Source of the DNA: Owenia fusiformis
Taxonomy: Eukaryota
NCBI GenBank assembly: GCA_903813345.2
Contig: CAIIXF020000001.1
Location: 17,112,001 to 17,176,000, forward strand
DNA: 64,000 nucleotides
Direction of reading: 5' to 3'
Part shown: piece after piece, positions 12,504 to 26,118 of the stretch
How the letters are laid out: each line of letters begins with the position of its first letter
Numbering within the stretch: the first letter of the stretch is position 1
Made by a program: the position numbers and the translations under genes
The notes under the pieces: model-generated
What the model saw: the letters and a program-made list of their open reading frames with translations, nothing else
What the model was told of the DNA's origin: nothing
Databases searched by the model: none

Positions 12504-14363
12504 CAGTAAAACCTGTCTAATCCGAACACCCATGGGACCAGCCAAAAGCGTTCAAATTGGCAGGTGTTCAAATTTCGAGGATATTGTTGGTCGGGGGGGG
12601 GGGGGATTTTCATTGTTCAGTCCACTATATTGAACACTAAATACTTAGTCAGAAAACAATACATGTTGTTGATGAGTTTATTCTACAATAGGCCTATTAG
12701 CCTACATGTATATGCTATGTTTTATTTACATTTTGAACAATTTCATTATTTTTGAAAAAATAACTCTTTAATTTTGGCAAAAACTTTGTAATACACTGAA
12801 TAAGTATATGATAGTCTTGTACGAAATCTTATGCTTATTAAATGACTTATCTCATATTATGGTTACATAGCACTGCTTTACTTTAGCTTGAAAAAGTCGT
12901 TCATTGTTGTTTGTTTCTTGGCACTTATCAATATTTGAGTAGTGTACCCTCTTCAATTGATGATTTGCGATCACCGAATGGATTCTATCTTGCAGTGACG
13001 TCACAATTAGGTCACCCAGCTTAGGTGTTTGATTTTGAGAGATTATCTTCCATATTTCGTGCTTTAGATCTTACTGACATGATTTAGATAGCGGTTAAGC
13101 GCCCCCCGATTTTGACAAAAACGGGGGACGCTTATAGGCATCGATGTTTGGTTTGAATTTCACCCAAGCTTCGCACATATATAGATAAATTCATGATCTA
13201 GTCAAATCGGCATACCTGGTAAATATCCGACCCATGGTTTTCATAAAAGAAACGACAATATTTTTAGCTCAAAACTGCCACGTGTCCGCCATTTCGTGAT
13301 TCCATCATGTCTAATATCATTTCTATATGACGTCACACCAATAAGACGAAATACATGACAACAGTATCCATAAACAAAATTCCTGAATTCTGATCGCAAA
13401 AGGTCAATTAAAAAGAATGTTTCATGAGTGCTCATTCGAGATGATGCATAATCTTTCAAAATATCAAGGGCATTCAGGATGTCAGATGTGCCTTTTTAGG
13501 AGGCATTTTAGTGATAGGATATTACGAAGTTGAATTTTTTCTCTTTCTCGTGATATAATTTTGTCTGCAAATGTGTCTGTGTTGTCTTTGTGATGATAAA
13601 ACATTTACTGATTGAATCCTAGCTATCATAACAGACCCATGGGATATAAAAAAGTTAAGACTTGTTCATAATCCAAATCAAAAACATCCAGTTAATTTAA
13701 AATAAGGATAAACCAATTATCTCCCAGATTCTCACCTTTCTCTTAATCCAAATCAAAAACATCCAGGTAATTTTTAATAATGATAAAACAATTATAATCT
13801 TGTCTGCAAATGTGTCTGTGTTGTCTCTGTGATTATAAAACATTTACTGATTGAATCCTAGCTATCATAACAGACCCATGGGATATAAAAAAGTTAAGAC
13901 TTGTTCATAATCCAAATCAAAAACATCCAGTTAATTTAAAATAAGGATAAACCAATTATCTTCTTGATTCACACCTTTCTCTTAATCCAAACATAAAACA
14001 TTCAGTTCTTTTCTAATAGGATAAACCAATTAACTCCTGTATTCACACCTTGCCTGTTATTTTCCACAATTAGGGATGTCATTGAGACTTAAATAAGTTA
14101 ATTAGGACAATATTGGTTCTTTGATTACATTGCATATGTAAAGATAATAAGAACTATAACATTGACTCAATATGTGATAAAATGTTCAGATTAGACAGGT
14201 CAGTTTTTCAAATCTGGTTGTTCACTGTTCAGATTAGGAGGTGTTCAGATTTCAAGGTTTTTTTAACATGGGGGTCAATGGGAGGAAAAAATGGGACCGA
14301 AAAGAGTGTTCAAATTGGAAGGTGTTCGGATTAGCCAGGTGTTCAGATATACAGGTTCTACTG
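12504..14363 (-). mobile_element. pogo/Tigger-like deletion derivative with a transposase C-terminal relic
   Basis: TA|CAGTAAAACC ... GGTTCTACTG|TA with AGGTGTTCAGATT subterminal repeats. Minus-strand relic TSDILNALDILKDYA... and SAKKQTTMNDFFKLK* (12878-12925). Confidence 0.8.
13562..14040. repeat. 239-bp tandem duplication with ~76-bp sub-repeats
   Basis: TGTCTGCAAATGTGTCTGTG at 13562 and 13801; TAATCCAAATCAAAAACATCCAG recurs within each unit. Confidence 0.9.
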
Positions 14364-14398
14364 TATATATAATCTAGGATATAATGTACATTACACAA

Positions 14399-15112
14399 CA
14401 GTGTGGCAGCTAAGGATATTTTCACTCTAGCCAAATTTGACCACTCACTTTGAATTCAGACTCGCCAAAATATTTTATGACTGGACATTTTTCAGTAGAA
14501 AATGACCTACCTTAAAAGTTAAGAGACATCGTGAATCGAATTTGCTGCTATTTTGCATACTACGTAAGCACTTTACAAGAAATGCGAACAAATAAAATAT
14601 GATTTTAAAATTACATGTATGAAACGGTCATACGATTACTCGTCTGGGTATTTGTAGGTCGTGAATGCTCAAACTTCTGATTAATACAGCGGTAAGTTCC
14701 TCAATTACAGCGTTAATCGAATTATAAATAAAAATCGCAAGAAGACGAAATAATTATATTGGTTGAATTTATGGAACGGCAAGAATAATTTTGTTCGTAG
14801 TTCAAGCTGTATTATGTATTGCATCGAACGCTTTGATTGGTCCACCACTTAGTTTTAAGCCAATCAAAGGTGCGTTTTCATTGAATTGCGGTCTGGAACA
14901 TAAAAATAAATAAAAAACTTTTTCCTGCTTTTACAAGTATTTTAGCGATTCTAGAGGTAAGATTGACAAACTATTTGTTTAGAAGGTTAAGCATTTATAT
15001 CTGTTTCTCATGGGCTCAATTATCTATCGCCGAAATTGTCGAGACAAATTGCATTTTCCTTCGCCAAAAATTTTCTGACCCTTGGTTTGGCGAGGCCTTA
15101 GCTGCCACCATG
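14399..15112. mobile_element. hAT-like element with 5-bp TSD (CACAA)
   Basis: CACAA|CAGTGTGGCAGCTAAGG ... CCTTAGCTGCCACCATG|CACAA; TCGCCAAAA subterminal motifs. Confidence 0.75.
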
Positions 15113-15570
15113 CACAATCTACCTATCATGGCTTACATGACCATATTTGGAAAGGTCAAAGAGGCAAGATGAAGGTCATAATAAGAAAACCTGAATATGT
15201 ACAAAAACAAATGCTCCTTAGATTGCAGAGACTTTTGTTAAAAAATCAAAATATCCTGATATGTATTTATTGTTTTGTCAGAATACTTATCTTCACACTT
15301 CTCTTCACACTTCAGGGAGACAACAGTCATCCTTCCAATAGATTTAAGATTGCTTAATCTCTTTACTACTCAGATTGACAAGTTTTTTAGTCACCCTAGA
15401 AATTACCTTAAAACCTTGAGTGACAAGATAATCTGTTACAAAATTTTCACTAAACTTGCTCTAATTTGGACAATTTTCATCCAATTTACACAAGAATTTC
15501 TCAAAATGTGTAGAAATGATCTCTGCTGACTAATTTCACTTAGATGAGCATCACCTTGATTATGTATATA

Positions 15571-16066
15571 CAGTAGAACCTGTATATCTGAACACCTGGC
15601 TAATCTGAATACCTCCCAATCTGAACATTTTTTTTCGGTCCCATTTTTTCCTCCCATTGACTCCCATGTTAAAAAAACTTGAAATGTGAACACCTCCCAA
15701 TTTGAACAGTGAACAGTCATATTTGAAAAATTCACCTGTCTAATCTGAACACTTTTCATAAAATTTCTGATGTTTTATCCAAAATTGCTCAAATTTTATC
15801 ATGATATCAAAACTTTGGGAAATAATCTTGAATGGTCTCATTCATAATGGGGCTTTCCAGCATGATTAGATTCATTTGAATCAAATTTGCTTCTGGAATG
15901 CCATAAAGCTATGTGGTCAAAAGAACTATAAATATTTACCGAGAATGTGTTCACATTTCTTCAGAATCTGGATTATTGCGGATGCAAAAACCTTGAAATG
16001 TGAACACCTCCTAATCTGAACGCTTTTATCCGGTCCCAATGCGTTCGGATTAGACAGGTTTTACTG
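15571..16066 (+). mobile_element. pogo/Tigger-like MITE, same family as 12504-14363, opposite orientation
   Basis: TA|CAGTAGAACC ... GGTTTTACTG|TA; 15571-15760 is the reverse complement of ~14180-14363. Confidence 0.85.
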
Positions 16067-17649
16067 TAGTTAAATGTCAAAAGCTGGCAAAAATGAAACA
16101 TTCTCTGGTTTCAAACCGATTTTAGAGCCTGGGATTCATCAGGTTAAGTAAAGAAATCTGACTCATTTAGTCGTACATTTTATACAGGTGAACATCTACC
16201 CCTTAGAGCCTGTGAATTCAACACTTTTTGATAACAATTAAGATAACTGTAACCGAAATGTGGTGTAAGATTCCCAGCATATATTGATAGGAGGTCTAAG
16301 CTTACTTGAAACACAGGCCATGTTAGATCATCGGCAATTCTGAAGGTTCAACTTTCAAACTTGACCCATACATTTTTGTTATGGGATAGATATGGTATTT
16401 TCCCATGAACGTGGTATTATTGTGCCAACTTAGGCAAAGACATCTCAGGTATCATTTCCGATCATTAAAAAAAGGTAAATGAAATTGGGATTTTGATCTC
16501 CCTATTTAACTGCTCTATGTTATTGGGAATCTTTGATGTTTTAATTAAACCATGCATGGTTTTAATTGGTCTTGTATCTAATATCCTACTAAGCAAGCAA
16601 TATACAGATTAGGATTCATACTATGAAGACTAAAACTGGGTAATATACAGGTTAAACATTCATATTTGAGTCATAATCACTGAAATCATTTCCAGTTTTG
16701 TTTTGAAACGGGGAAGCAGATGTAGTATATTAACTACATTTCTATAACTGACATTTTCAGCATCATTTGGGGAATGAGTCGAGCTATCTTCTTTGCATAG
16801 GTGATGTTAGAATTTGTAAACACAAACCACATATGCCCTTACTTACCATTTCATAACATATTATACATGCATATTTATATACATGTACCTGGCATGTTGT
16901 ATGTACTCAGCATATTTAATTTAGGCATACCGGCTATAAAAAATCTATTTTTCAAAAACAGTTGACATTTAGCCTGATTATTTGAAAATGTTGAGTTTAA
17001 TAGTGGGTGATATACTTGAGATGGTTTTCAATGGGCCACTTTTAGGTTTTCAATCAATCATAATACTTTGTGTGCTGTGGTATTATATGCAACTGGTTTA
17101 AGTATTTTCCTCAGAAAAACGCGAACAACTTCATATTCCTGCATGTTACTAGGTAAAAACAACAATATTTGACTTTTTTATTTAGACTACATGATCTTCA
17201 TCTTGTAATGTAAAATAGTTGTGCAAATAAACTCAAGAATAATGCATAAAAATTGAGATGATAGATCTGACTAGTTTTTGTTTTATATGGGTGAATGGAA
17301 CTAAGATATGAAGCAATGAATATTGTAAGTTTAGTCAAATACTTCAACAAGAATGCACAAAATTAACCATTGACTTGTTATTTGCAGTAGATGTTCTTTT
17401 CAGGATATCTGAAGTGGCTGCAATAAATCACATTTTCACAATCTGCCAAAAGTTGGTCAAAATATTCATTTTTTCTATTTTTTAGAAGGTACAACTTTAA
17501 ATTGGGTAAATGCTCATTTTTTAAAATCTTGCTTCCCTTACTTGCTTGCTGTACCCACTTGTTTCAATACTGGGGGTCTACCGATTTGTATAAAATATTC
17601 ATTTCATCACAGCTTGTTATTATGATGTGTTATTTTTCTATTTTTACAG

Positions 17650-17747
17650 GTAGGAGTCACAAATCAGTGAAAACTAGCAGATAACACAGGGGACGAGAAC
17701 AAATTCTGTGTCTGATTGTTTTGTTGAGTTGAGAACATCATCACAAA
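17650..17747 (+). other. Candidate non-coding exon
   Basis: Acceptor TTTTTCTATTTTTACAG and donor AAA|GTAAGT; further acceptors at 17403 and 18638; no meaningful ORF. Confidence 0.4.
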
Positions 17748-19962
17748 GTAAGTGTGAATTACATATAATCGACAAACACAGTTTTGTGGGTTAATCAAAC
17801 AAGTCCATTTAATCTCTGGTCCCTGTAGTCATTGGCATCATGTATGATCATGATAGATTCAGGGTTCCGATCCCGCATCGCACCAAGCACCTAATTCCCA
17901 ACCTTTTTTTCCCTGTGTTTTTGAGGAGGGAAAATTGAAATAGATACGTGACCTATGAGCCATCTAGTTTTGAACTTGTTTGTTAAGAAGTAGGGAGGGG
18001 GACATAGAATAAACCTTGAACAAATGAAGCCAAAATTTAGCCCAAATTGTGTGGGTGAGGTTCAGCAGTTGGTAATGACGATGCATGAAAGAAACATAAT
18101 ACTTTAAATGCAAATGTGAGGTGTTTATATGAGTATTGCGTCGGGTCATATTTGTGAACTTATTTATGAATTTAACGTGACAAGAATATACACACAGGCT
18201 TCAAAGGGTTATAAGAGTTTATGATGACTTTTCATAAAAAGTTCATAGATACTGCAAAACATCTTCATTTTGTTAACTACATGCTAAAATTCCCTCATGG
18301 TCTAATTCTTGAATTTTAACATTAATATCAATGGTGAACTTTGAAATCATGAATGTATCATATCTCAAAATACAGGCATCTTAGACTTATGGTTCTGACT
18401 GAAATCTTGTGGATCAATAGAAAATGCTACAAAATTCTGAAATTGTAAAAATACACGCCTGAATAAAACATGTTCTACAGTAGGTCTTATTGAATGATAC
18501 ATTCAGTTCTTTTGATTGTTGTACAAAATATTAAGTAGGAAGCTATTATTTTGTAATTTCCTCCAAGGTTGTTATGACATAAAGTGGTTAAAAGTCATCT
18601 CATACAATTAAATGCAGTGTATTTATTTTGTGTTGCAGGTTTGAAAAACATGAATTGGGTTTGAAAATGAATGTATAAGAATAATTGACAACCAATCTGT
18701 TCTATATGAAAATTGAATGCATGAATGAATGACATGTATTTATACAGTGGGTATTTGTATTTTATGATTATTGCTGATGATTAAATAAGATTGTATTTTA
18801 AATCTATTCAGAATAAGAATTTTGAATATATGTCGAATGTATAGACCTTTGATGTTTCTTCCATGTTAAAATAGAAATATTTAGAATAGTAAATATAGCT
18901 CTACACAAAGGGCTGTAAAAGACTAATAATTAGTCGATTTATAAACCAGTTTTCAATCAACTTGAATCTTTTGCTTATTCATAATTTGAAATTATTCTAC
19001 ATGCTGGTATGCTTCATACTTGCTTACCAGTTTTGCTTGCCAGTTTGGTTTTTGAAACCTTTATTCCTTGGAAATCTGAGTGAGTATGCTACACTACTTT
19101 GCCTTCAGCTGTTTAATCGAAAATAAGGTTTAAAGATGTCAGTCAAAGACAGTAGTAAGCTATACAGTTGCATCGTATAATGTTCAAAATGAAACATTTT
19201 TGGGAAATATTGATATGTCACACAGTTGACAGTCTTGCAATTTTAATATCTGGATTAGGAAGGTCAAATAAAAGTTATTGGTTTTAATAATATTATGGAA
19301 AATGCCCTCAAGACAAATAATTCACAATAAGTCTTGTATAGGGCCACAGTAACAATTGAAAACATACAGAGATTATCATGGGATTAACCGAACGATTACT
19401 TTCCATCTCATGTGGATTTTGGCACGTTGATTATTGGTTCAATTGAGGAGCATAACACAGTGCCTTACCCGGCTTATCTTTGTCAATTTTACTTTCTGTT
19501 GTGTTCCAAAATACTCCCCTTCTGATGTTATTCAACGTTTTCATTTTACTGCCAAAATAACTAAACTTATGTTGCGATGAAAGTAAGTTGACACACTGGG
19601 GTAAATTGAAGCTTGGTGAAAGGTTCTTAAAGTAACGCATACTTTACTAAATATTTGAGGCTCTGAGTCTGAGAGTTTTATTATAGGTGCATGTAGACAT
19701 AAATCCGACCATATATAATGCGTATTGCTAAGTGTCATTGTATATTTGAAAGGATCAGTGAAGGTGTTATGAAAGAGGGATTTAAAGGATTAATCCCTGG
19801 TAAGGGGAAGTGGCAATTAAGAGTTGTAGGTTTCAAAAGAATGGTATAGTTTGGGAACTAACAAGGTAGAGCCATTGTGATTTCTACAGCCTAAACTACA
19901 GAATAAGCAGTGAGTTTTATATTAAGAGTGACCAAGAATGGGTAGAGCACCAATAAGTAATA

Positions 19963-20200
19963 CAGTGGCGGATCCGAGGGGCCATTTTCTAAAGTTTTTG
20001 GGTCCCAAAATTTTGTAGGGTCTCAAAAACTGGGCATTTTGGACATAATTTGGCCTTTTTGGGCCTTTTTTGGCCTATGTATCAAAAATAGGCCTTACTT
20101 TTTCAAAATTTGGGCCAAATCTTTGGTTCTAGGGGCCTAAAATCGTTTTTATGGACTCAAAATTTGGGCCCCTCCTTGTTAATTTCTGGATCCGCCATTG
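19963..20200. mobile_element. hAT-like MITE (CAGTGGCGGATCC TIR)
   Basis: CAGTGGCGGATCC ... GGATCCGCCATTG; flanks TAATA/TAGTA (4/5 match); GGGCC subterminal motifs. Confidence 0.75.
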
Positions 20201-21485
20201 TAGTATCTTAAATATGCTGGGAGGTCGTTCTTGAAATCTTTCTCTTTCCATATTGCATATTCCATATAGTTATATGTGGAGAGGGCAAATTTTGAAGTAA
20301 GGCCCATACCAAGAGTACACTGCAGAGTTTGATTCTAAACTAATTTGTAGACAAAACTCTATTTAAAGAAGCAAAGTCAAACTAAACTAATTTTTACTGT
20401 CAAACTGTCATGGCAAAGATGCATTTTTGCAGGTATTACTTGTGTATATAAACTCAGTATTTATATAAACACATTTCCATTATTCTGTAAATCCTGTTTG
20501 GGTTTTATACAAAGTTTGTACTCTCAAAAATATAAAAGGTTTCTGAGTTAAGGGTGCCTCAAATGTGTTATTTCTTCTAAAGACTCCAGACATTATTGTT
20601 ATAAATTTTGCATTTAAACCAATCCTTAGAAAATGTATTGAATTCTAATGTTGAATTGTGGTTGAACCTTTGATATTTGTATGATAGGATATTTTATGAA
20701 GTTACTCATTCAAAGGAAGTTGATAAATGCCAAGACAAAATTGAAAAAGGACATGAAATTTAGAATGGTGCCAAAGATGATGTCGGGAGATTAGAGATAG
20801 TATGCTTAGGGACTTCTTTATAAACAGATAGAGACGGATACTAGAAGGTATTGTATTTGCACACCTAATCTATATAAAGGAAGGGGGGGGGGGCATATGT
20901 GAAATAAAATCAAAATATGTTTTAGTCAACTTTATACATACTATGAGTATTTGAGCTGGTTTTGAAGTAAGTTTTTGTTTAAACCAGATGTGGGCAATCA
21001 ATACATTTTACACCCACTACCTATGTACCATAATTCACTGTAAAGGGGTATACAGCGCATGAACATTAAACGGTAAAGTACTATAAAACATTTAATATTT
21101 ACCTAAAATGTCATAGATGTCAACTAAAATACATGCCAATATAAAATACAACTAGTTTGATGATAAACCAGGGATAAATCATGGGCTTTACATGGTACAC
21201 ACATTACCTAGAGACAGTTATCATATCTCTTATTGAACAAGTCGCTGCCTAAATAATGTTTTTATCATGCTCGTTTCTGGTTTGTTGAGCAAAGTTGATT
21301 ACTTACATGGAGGAGAATGTACTTTAGGAGGTGTTTGGGAATTCTGACTTTGAAACAGTTGAGTACAAAAATAGAGTTGATTTTTTATATGGTCCTTGCA
21401 TATGTATTTTCAATTTTAATAGTTCAGTAATTTATTTGCCAATTTCTCTATGTGTATGACTGTGGAATGATTACCAAAAATATCT

Positions 21486-21651
21486 CAGTGTTCTCTACAG
21501 GATTTTTCCCAATTCACGACAAATAGGTCAAAATTTTCTTGATTTTTCTCATTTTCAAGTTGGTGCAAATAAATTTTCAGGTGGGTACAAGCTTCTTTAA
21601 AATCTCAGTTGGGTGCTATGCCCACTTGCTTTAATGATGGAGAGATCACTG
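21486..21651. mobile_element. hAT-like MITE with 5-bp TSD (TATCT)
   Basis: TATCT|CAGTGTTCTCT ... AGAGATCACTG|TATCT; second copy at 43118-43313. Confidence 0.75.
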
Positions 21652-22040
21652 TATCTGAATAGGTGGTTAGGATAACTTCACTTTATACTTTACTTATGGT
21701 AATTGATATAAACTGATATTGCATTGTCTCTTTTCATCTATTAGATGTACAAAACAATTATTTTTTGGTTAAAGTTAAAGTACATATTATAACTTAATCC
21801 AATGATTAACATATTAATCTGCAAAATGATTCTAATGAGGCATTTTATCATGTTTTATGCAGTAAGACCATGTAAATAGCCAGGTGAGTGTAACACCATC
21901 TGGAATATTACATAACATGACAAGTTTTAACATCAAATGAATGGTTAATCAATGTAGGAATTTGTTTGTGATCTGAATGTGGTAATCCCCATATTCTATT
22001 CTGAAAAATCACTCATACTACTCGTACTCTGGAAAATCAC

Positions 22041-22114
22041 CATCCTTGGTCCAAGGGTATTTCACTTCTTTCCAATTAATTAAGTAATAAATGAAGTCCT
22101 TTGAATGAAGGATG
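22041..22114 (+). mobile_element. 74-bp mini-element, CATCCTT/AAGGATG termini, 9-bp TSD GAAAATCAC
   Basis: Direct repeats at 22032-22040 and 22115-22123; shares CAAGGGTATTT and ATAAATGAAGTCCTTTGAA with 8764-8827. Confidence 0.75.
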
Positions 22115-23289
22115 GAAAATCACCTTAAAAGTATCGACAAAATGACAACTTTATAATAGCAATAATTTAAAAGACAAATGATCAAAAAAGAATCGGTGTA
22201 TAGAATATTTTTTTATGTGAAGTAATGCTCTGATCTGCTCAAAACTGATGAAACCAGAAACCGGATGATAGAATGAGGGGAAAATTGCTTAAAGTGGCTC
22301 ATGCATAAAATTTTAACATTTTTCAAAACCAAATATATTGAAAAAAACGTTAAGATGTATTATAATAATGTCATTGTATCCTTAATAAAGACCCAAGAAT
22401 ATCAGTTACTTTCTTCCTTAAGAGAAATAAACTTTCCAAGAGGGAAACAGTGTAGATGGGTGAATCTTCCTTAATATTAAACCAAGAATTCTGGAAGATG
22501 TAATGTAACTAGACCTTGATGCAACATTACAGCAGTGAATGTTCCTTCATGAAAGATGTCTTTGAAGTTAACCTTTAGAGTGTCTCAATTTAGAATGTTT
22601 ACAATGTATAGCAAGTAGGAGAGGGAATGAGAGTTTCAATTTTATAAACATTCGGCACTCCATACCATTATGTCTAGAGATAATCATGTAAAATAAGTAA
22701 AGCTATTGAAGACTCATCACCAATGGGAGACTATTCAATCAAATTCATTTCAAAAACACCAGGAATAACCTCTTTCTATCTGCATAGTTAAGAATATTTT
22801 CTGTGGTCTGTCTACATTTTTGGATATTGTCCCTGCATCAAGTGGAGGTGATTGTAACTTTTCTTGGCTGTTATTTGATAGTATTCATTTCAATGAACCT
22901 ACTCAGGATAAGGACATATGTGTGGTAAGTACTTAGACACTATATAACCATTAATATCACTTATTTTCCTGAAACTGAAACCAATCGTTTCCTCAATGTT
23001 TTAGTCATATATATTGTTGTTTGATCAAATAGGATAAGGTTAAAGATCTTTGTTCATACTAACTTTGCATTGCTGATTTTTGTTTTTAAAGATCGCACAA
23101 AATTGTCCACTCATATGTCTGTCCCCTTCTCTGTCCGTTTGCAGTCATTCTATCCATTTGTGATTTTAAGCAAATTTTAGAAGGCAGACCTGTCACTTAA
23201 TGGCGTTTCATTTTGGAAATTCACACCATTTGTTTTCCTGGTTGGGAAAATCTGATTGTTATAGTCTTCAACTTTTATGTGGCTGTGAT

Positions 23290-23364
23290 TGATGTTCGGC
23301 CGTTGGTATTCAGTGTTGTAACAAATGGCAGGTGGTGACATTTTGCATGTTAATGCCTTGTTTG
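23290..23364 (+). repeat. Dispersed repeat fragment, also at ~29448-29547
   Basis: Shared TAACAAATGRCAGGTRGTGACATTTTGCATGTTAATGCCTTGTTT. Confidence 0.75.
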
Positions 23365-26118
23365 TCTTTAAAATATAAGGAATCACCATATAAGCCCATC
23401 AAATGGTGCCATTTTGTATAACCATTACTCTGTTATACATAAAATATGGTGAAATCCCAAGAATTGAATATGGTACAGACTGCAAATAACTGCAAATAAT
23501 CATTTATCTTACTTCTCTACAAGTTGTTTAATATTTAAGATCTATTAATCACTCTTATGTTTCAACACAGGCTCTTTTGGCAAATCTACAAACTATCAAA
23601 TCAACAAGTTTGTATTTGTATTGATGCAACATAACAAGGGGGTTGTTTTTGATGATTTCAGTTTGGGTTTAAGTTCATCAAATGTAGTTATTTTTATCTC
23701 CTCAAGTACTGGACAATTTCAAGGTGAAATGGTAATTTTAAAATCTGCTTAGTGTTATTTTTAGTTTGTTTTGGATTCTATCTGTTTGATCAAGGTTGAA
23801 TAAAAATGTACTTGTGATTGTTTTTAGTTGTGAGTAAGCATATTCATTAGAATATTACAGGCTTGTATTCCAGGTTAGTTGCATACTTAATTGTATGAGT
23901 CTTTTGAGGACATGTCATTCACCCAGGTATCCTTATAGACCCCAAATTACATTTTTTTCAGAAGGAAAATAGGTCAAGATTATATTTTGGTAATTCTACT
24001 TAATGATTATTAAGTGAAATACATATTTGAACCTCCATATATGTCATTGTTCCTAGAAAGCTCTTAATCAGGTGATATTTGTTTTATATTTTAGAAAAAC
24101 TAATGAAATGTTCAGTAGCAATAAAAGAGGGCTCTCACCATCAATATTGTTAAAGTAAAATGGTTCAGTCATGTTAAATCATATTTTATCTATTTTTACA
24201 TTTCTCAGTTTTAGTATGATATAATTATATGTAATGATGCAAGTCAGACTGTGGCAACAATCAGTCAATAATAGGTTGTGGTTGAATTTGGACTGTGGCG
24301 CTGCTCCACAGTTTAAAGCCTAGGGAGAGGCATGTAAAGTACTTGCTAGTCTGTCCTTTGAAGAAGTATAATTATAACGTAGGTACTTTAATTCCAATAA
24401 AGCTGTCATTTTTTTAATGATTCAAAAATTTATATTTTTTGTATAACCTCAAAAGTTCAAAATGTTAAACCAGTAACGTGATGTGACTATAAATAAATGA
24501 AATAAATGCACAATTGTGCAAACCTGTTCTTTGATGAATGCAACTTGATACTTCAAACCAGCAGCAAAACACCTTTGGGGCTTACATTTCCAGAGGCAGG
24601 AGTATAAGGTGTTATATGTTCATGTGACATAATCAGAAATGTCAAGTAAGACTGAGATAAGATTTTATCATTTTCTTCACTAGTTTCAAAACAGAAAGAT
24701 GTAATGAGTATACCACTGTGGGTAAAATGTAAAAATGAAAATTTTTGAGTTTTAAGCATATTTTGTTGATTTGCCCATTAAAATTATACACCTCATGTAT
24801 ATTTGAAAACATTTAGATTAGATGAAAAGGTGGGAGTTGCATATAGTTGAATTTTTTTATTTTATTTAGTCACATTCGTCAAACATTCCACTTTAGACTC
24901 CTTGTGCATAATCATCAAATAAAAAGAATGTTTTCATTTTAAGATTCATGTCAATTTTTTCTTGAGTGATGTATGTGTCATTTTGTGTGGGAACATTGAG
25001 GGTTATGTGACATTTTGATTGTATTCATCTTTGTTGATTATACATTTCTCATTAGTCTTATGATCAATAAGTAATTAGTAGAATAGTTCTGGGGATGCTG
25101 AATTCTTACATACTCGTATCATAATTACAAAGAAAATTATTTAATTAATAATGTAATCAGTATTTAAGCTACAGACAAAGGATTCTTGTGAACAGAAATA
25201 AGAGTCTTTAACATCCCCCTGCCAGTGCATATTAACTTCCACACAAGTTGTTTTGCTTTCATGTACTACTGTACTTTCATTTTCTTAATTTGAACGATGT
25301 AATTTGCATTTATTCTCATACTTTTATTTTTAAATGGATTAGGGAAGGACACTTTCGCCATTTAAGTTATTCCTTTTGCCATTTCTCAGGGAAATGATGC
25401 CAATGAATTGAAGAAATACTCAAGCACATTCTCTATATGGATTATCCTTATGAATATTCCACACTGCATAACAGTGTTTTCATTCCTTCTAAATTTCCTC
25501 TTTGGAAGATAGAATTTCATAGCAGGAAGTTCATTATGACAGTCTATTTAACTAACTGATTTAGTTAAACGCAGTGTCTCTCAGAGAGGTCGAAGTATGA
25601 CAGTTTTCAGTATCTTCATCAAACGGAGAAATCAGGTCATTTTGTGATTTTGACTTAACACATATCATCTGCCTCAGGCTAATGGTAAGTCCATGTTTAG
25701 TATAAAATTATATGCCCTGTCATTTTTCGAGCCTCGGGTATATGTTTTTTGTATGCCTAACATAGTTGAAGCAGTAATATATATTGCATGTATTGCATAC
25801 CAATGAAAGGCGTACCTTTGAACTTTATGGAAATCAAAAAAACAACATGGATCGTAAGAAAAAACTTGGATTACATCTGAATATCTTTTGGTAAGTTGAG
25901 TCGCTTTAATTATGATAAAATGGAGATAGTATTTGAGATTCAAGATAGGACCAGTAAAAATGTACAATATTTGGAAAATAGGGTTATTTTGTAAGGATAA
26001 GATAGACTGGCTGATGCCATATGTGGTTATTTTTCACCAGCATTATATTTTGTCATTATTTACTAGGATACTACAATAGAAGTTCAGTTAAAGTTGTTAA
26101 ACGGAAAGCACATGCAAC

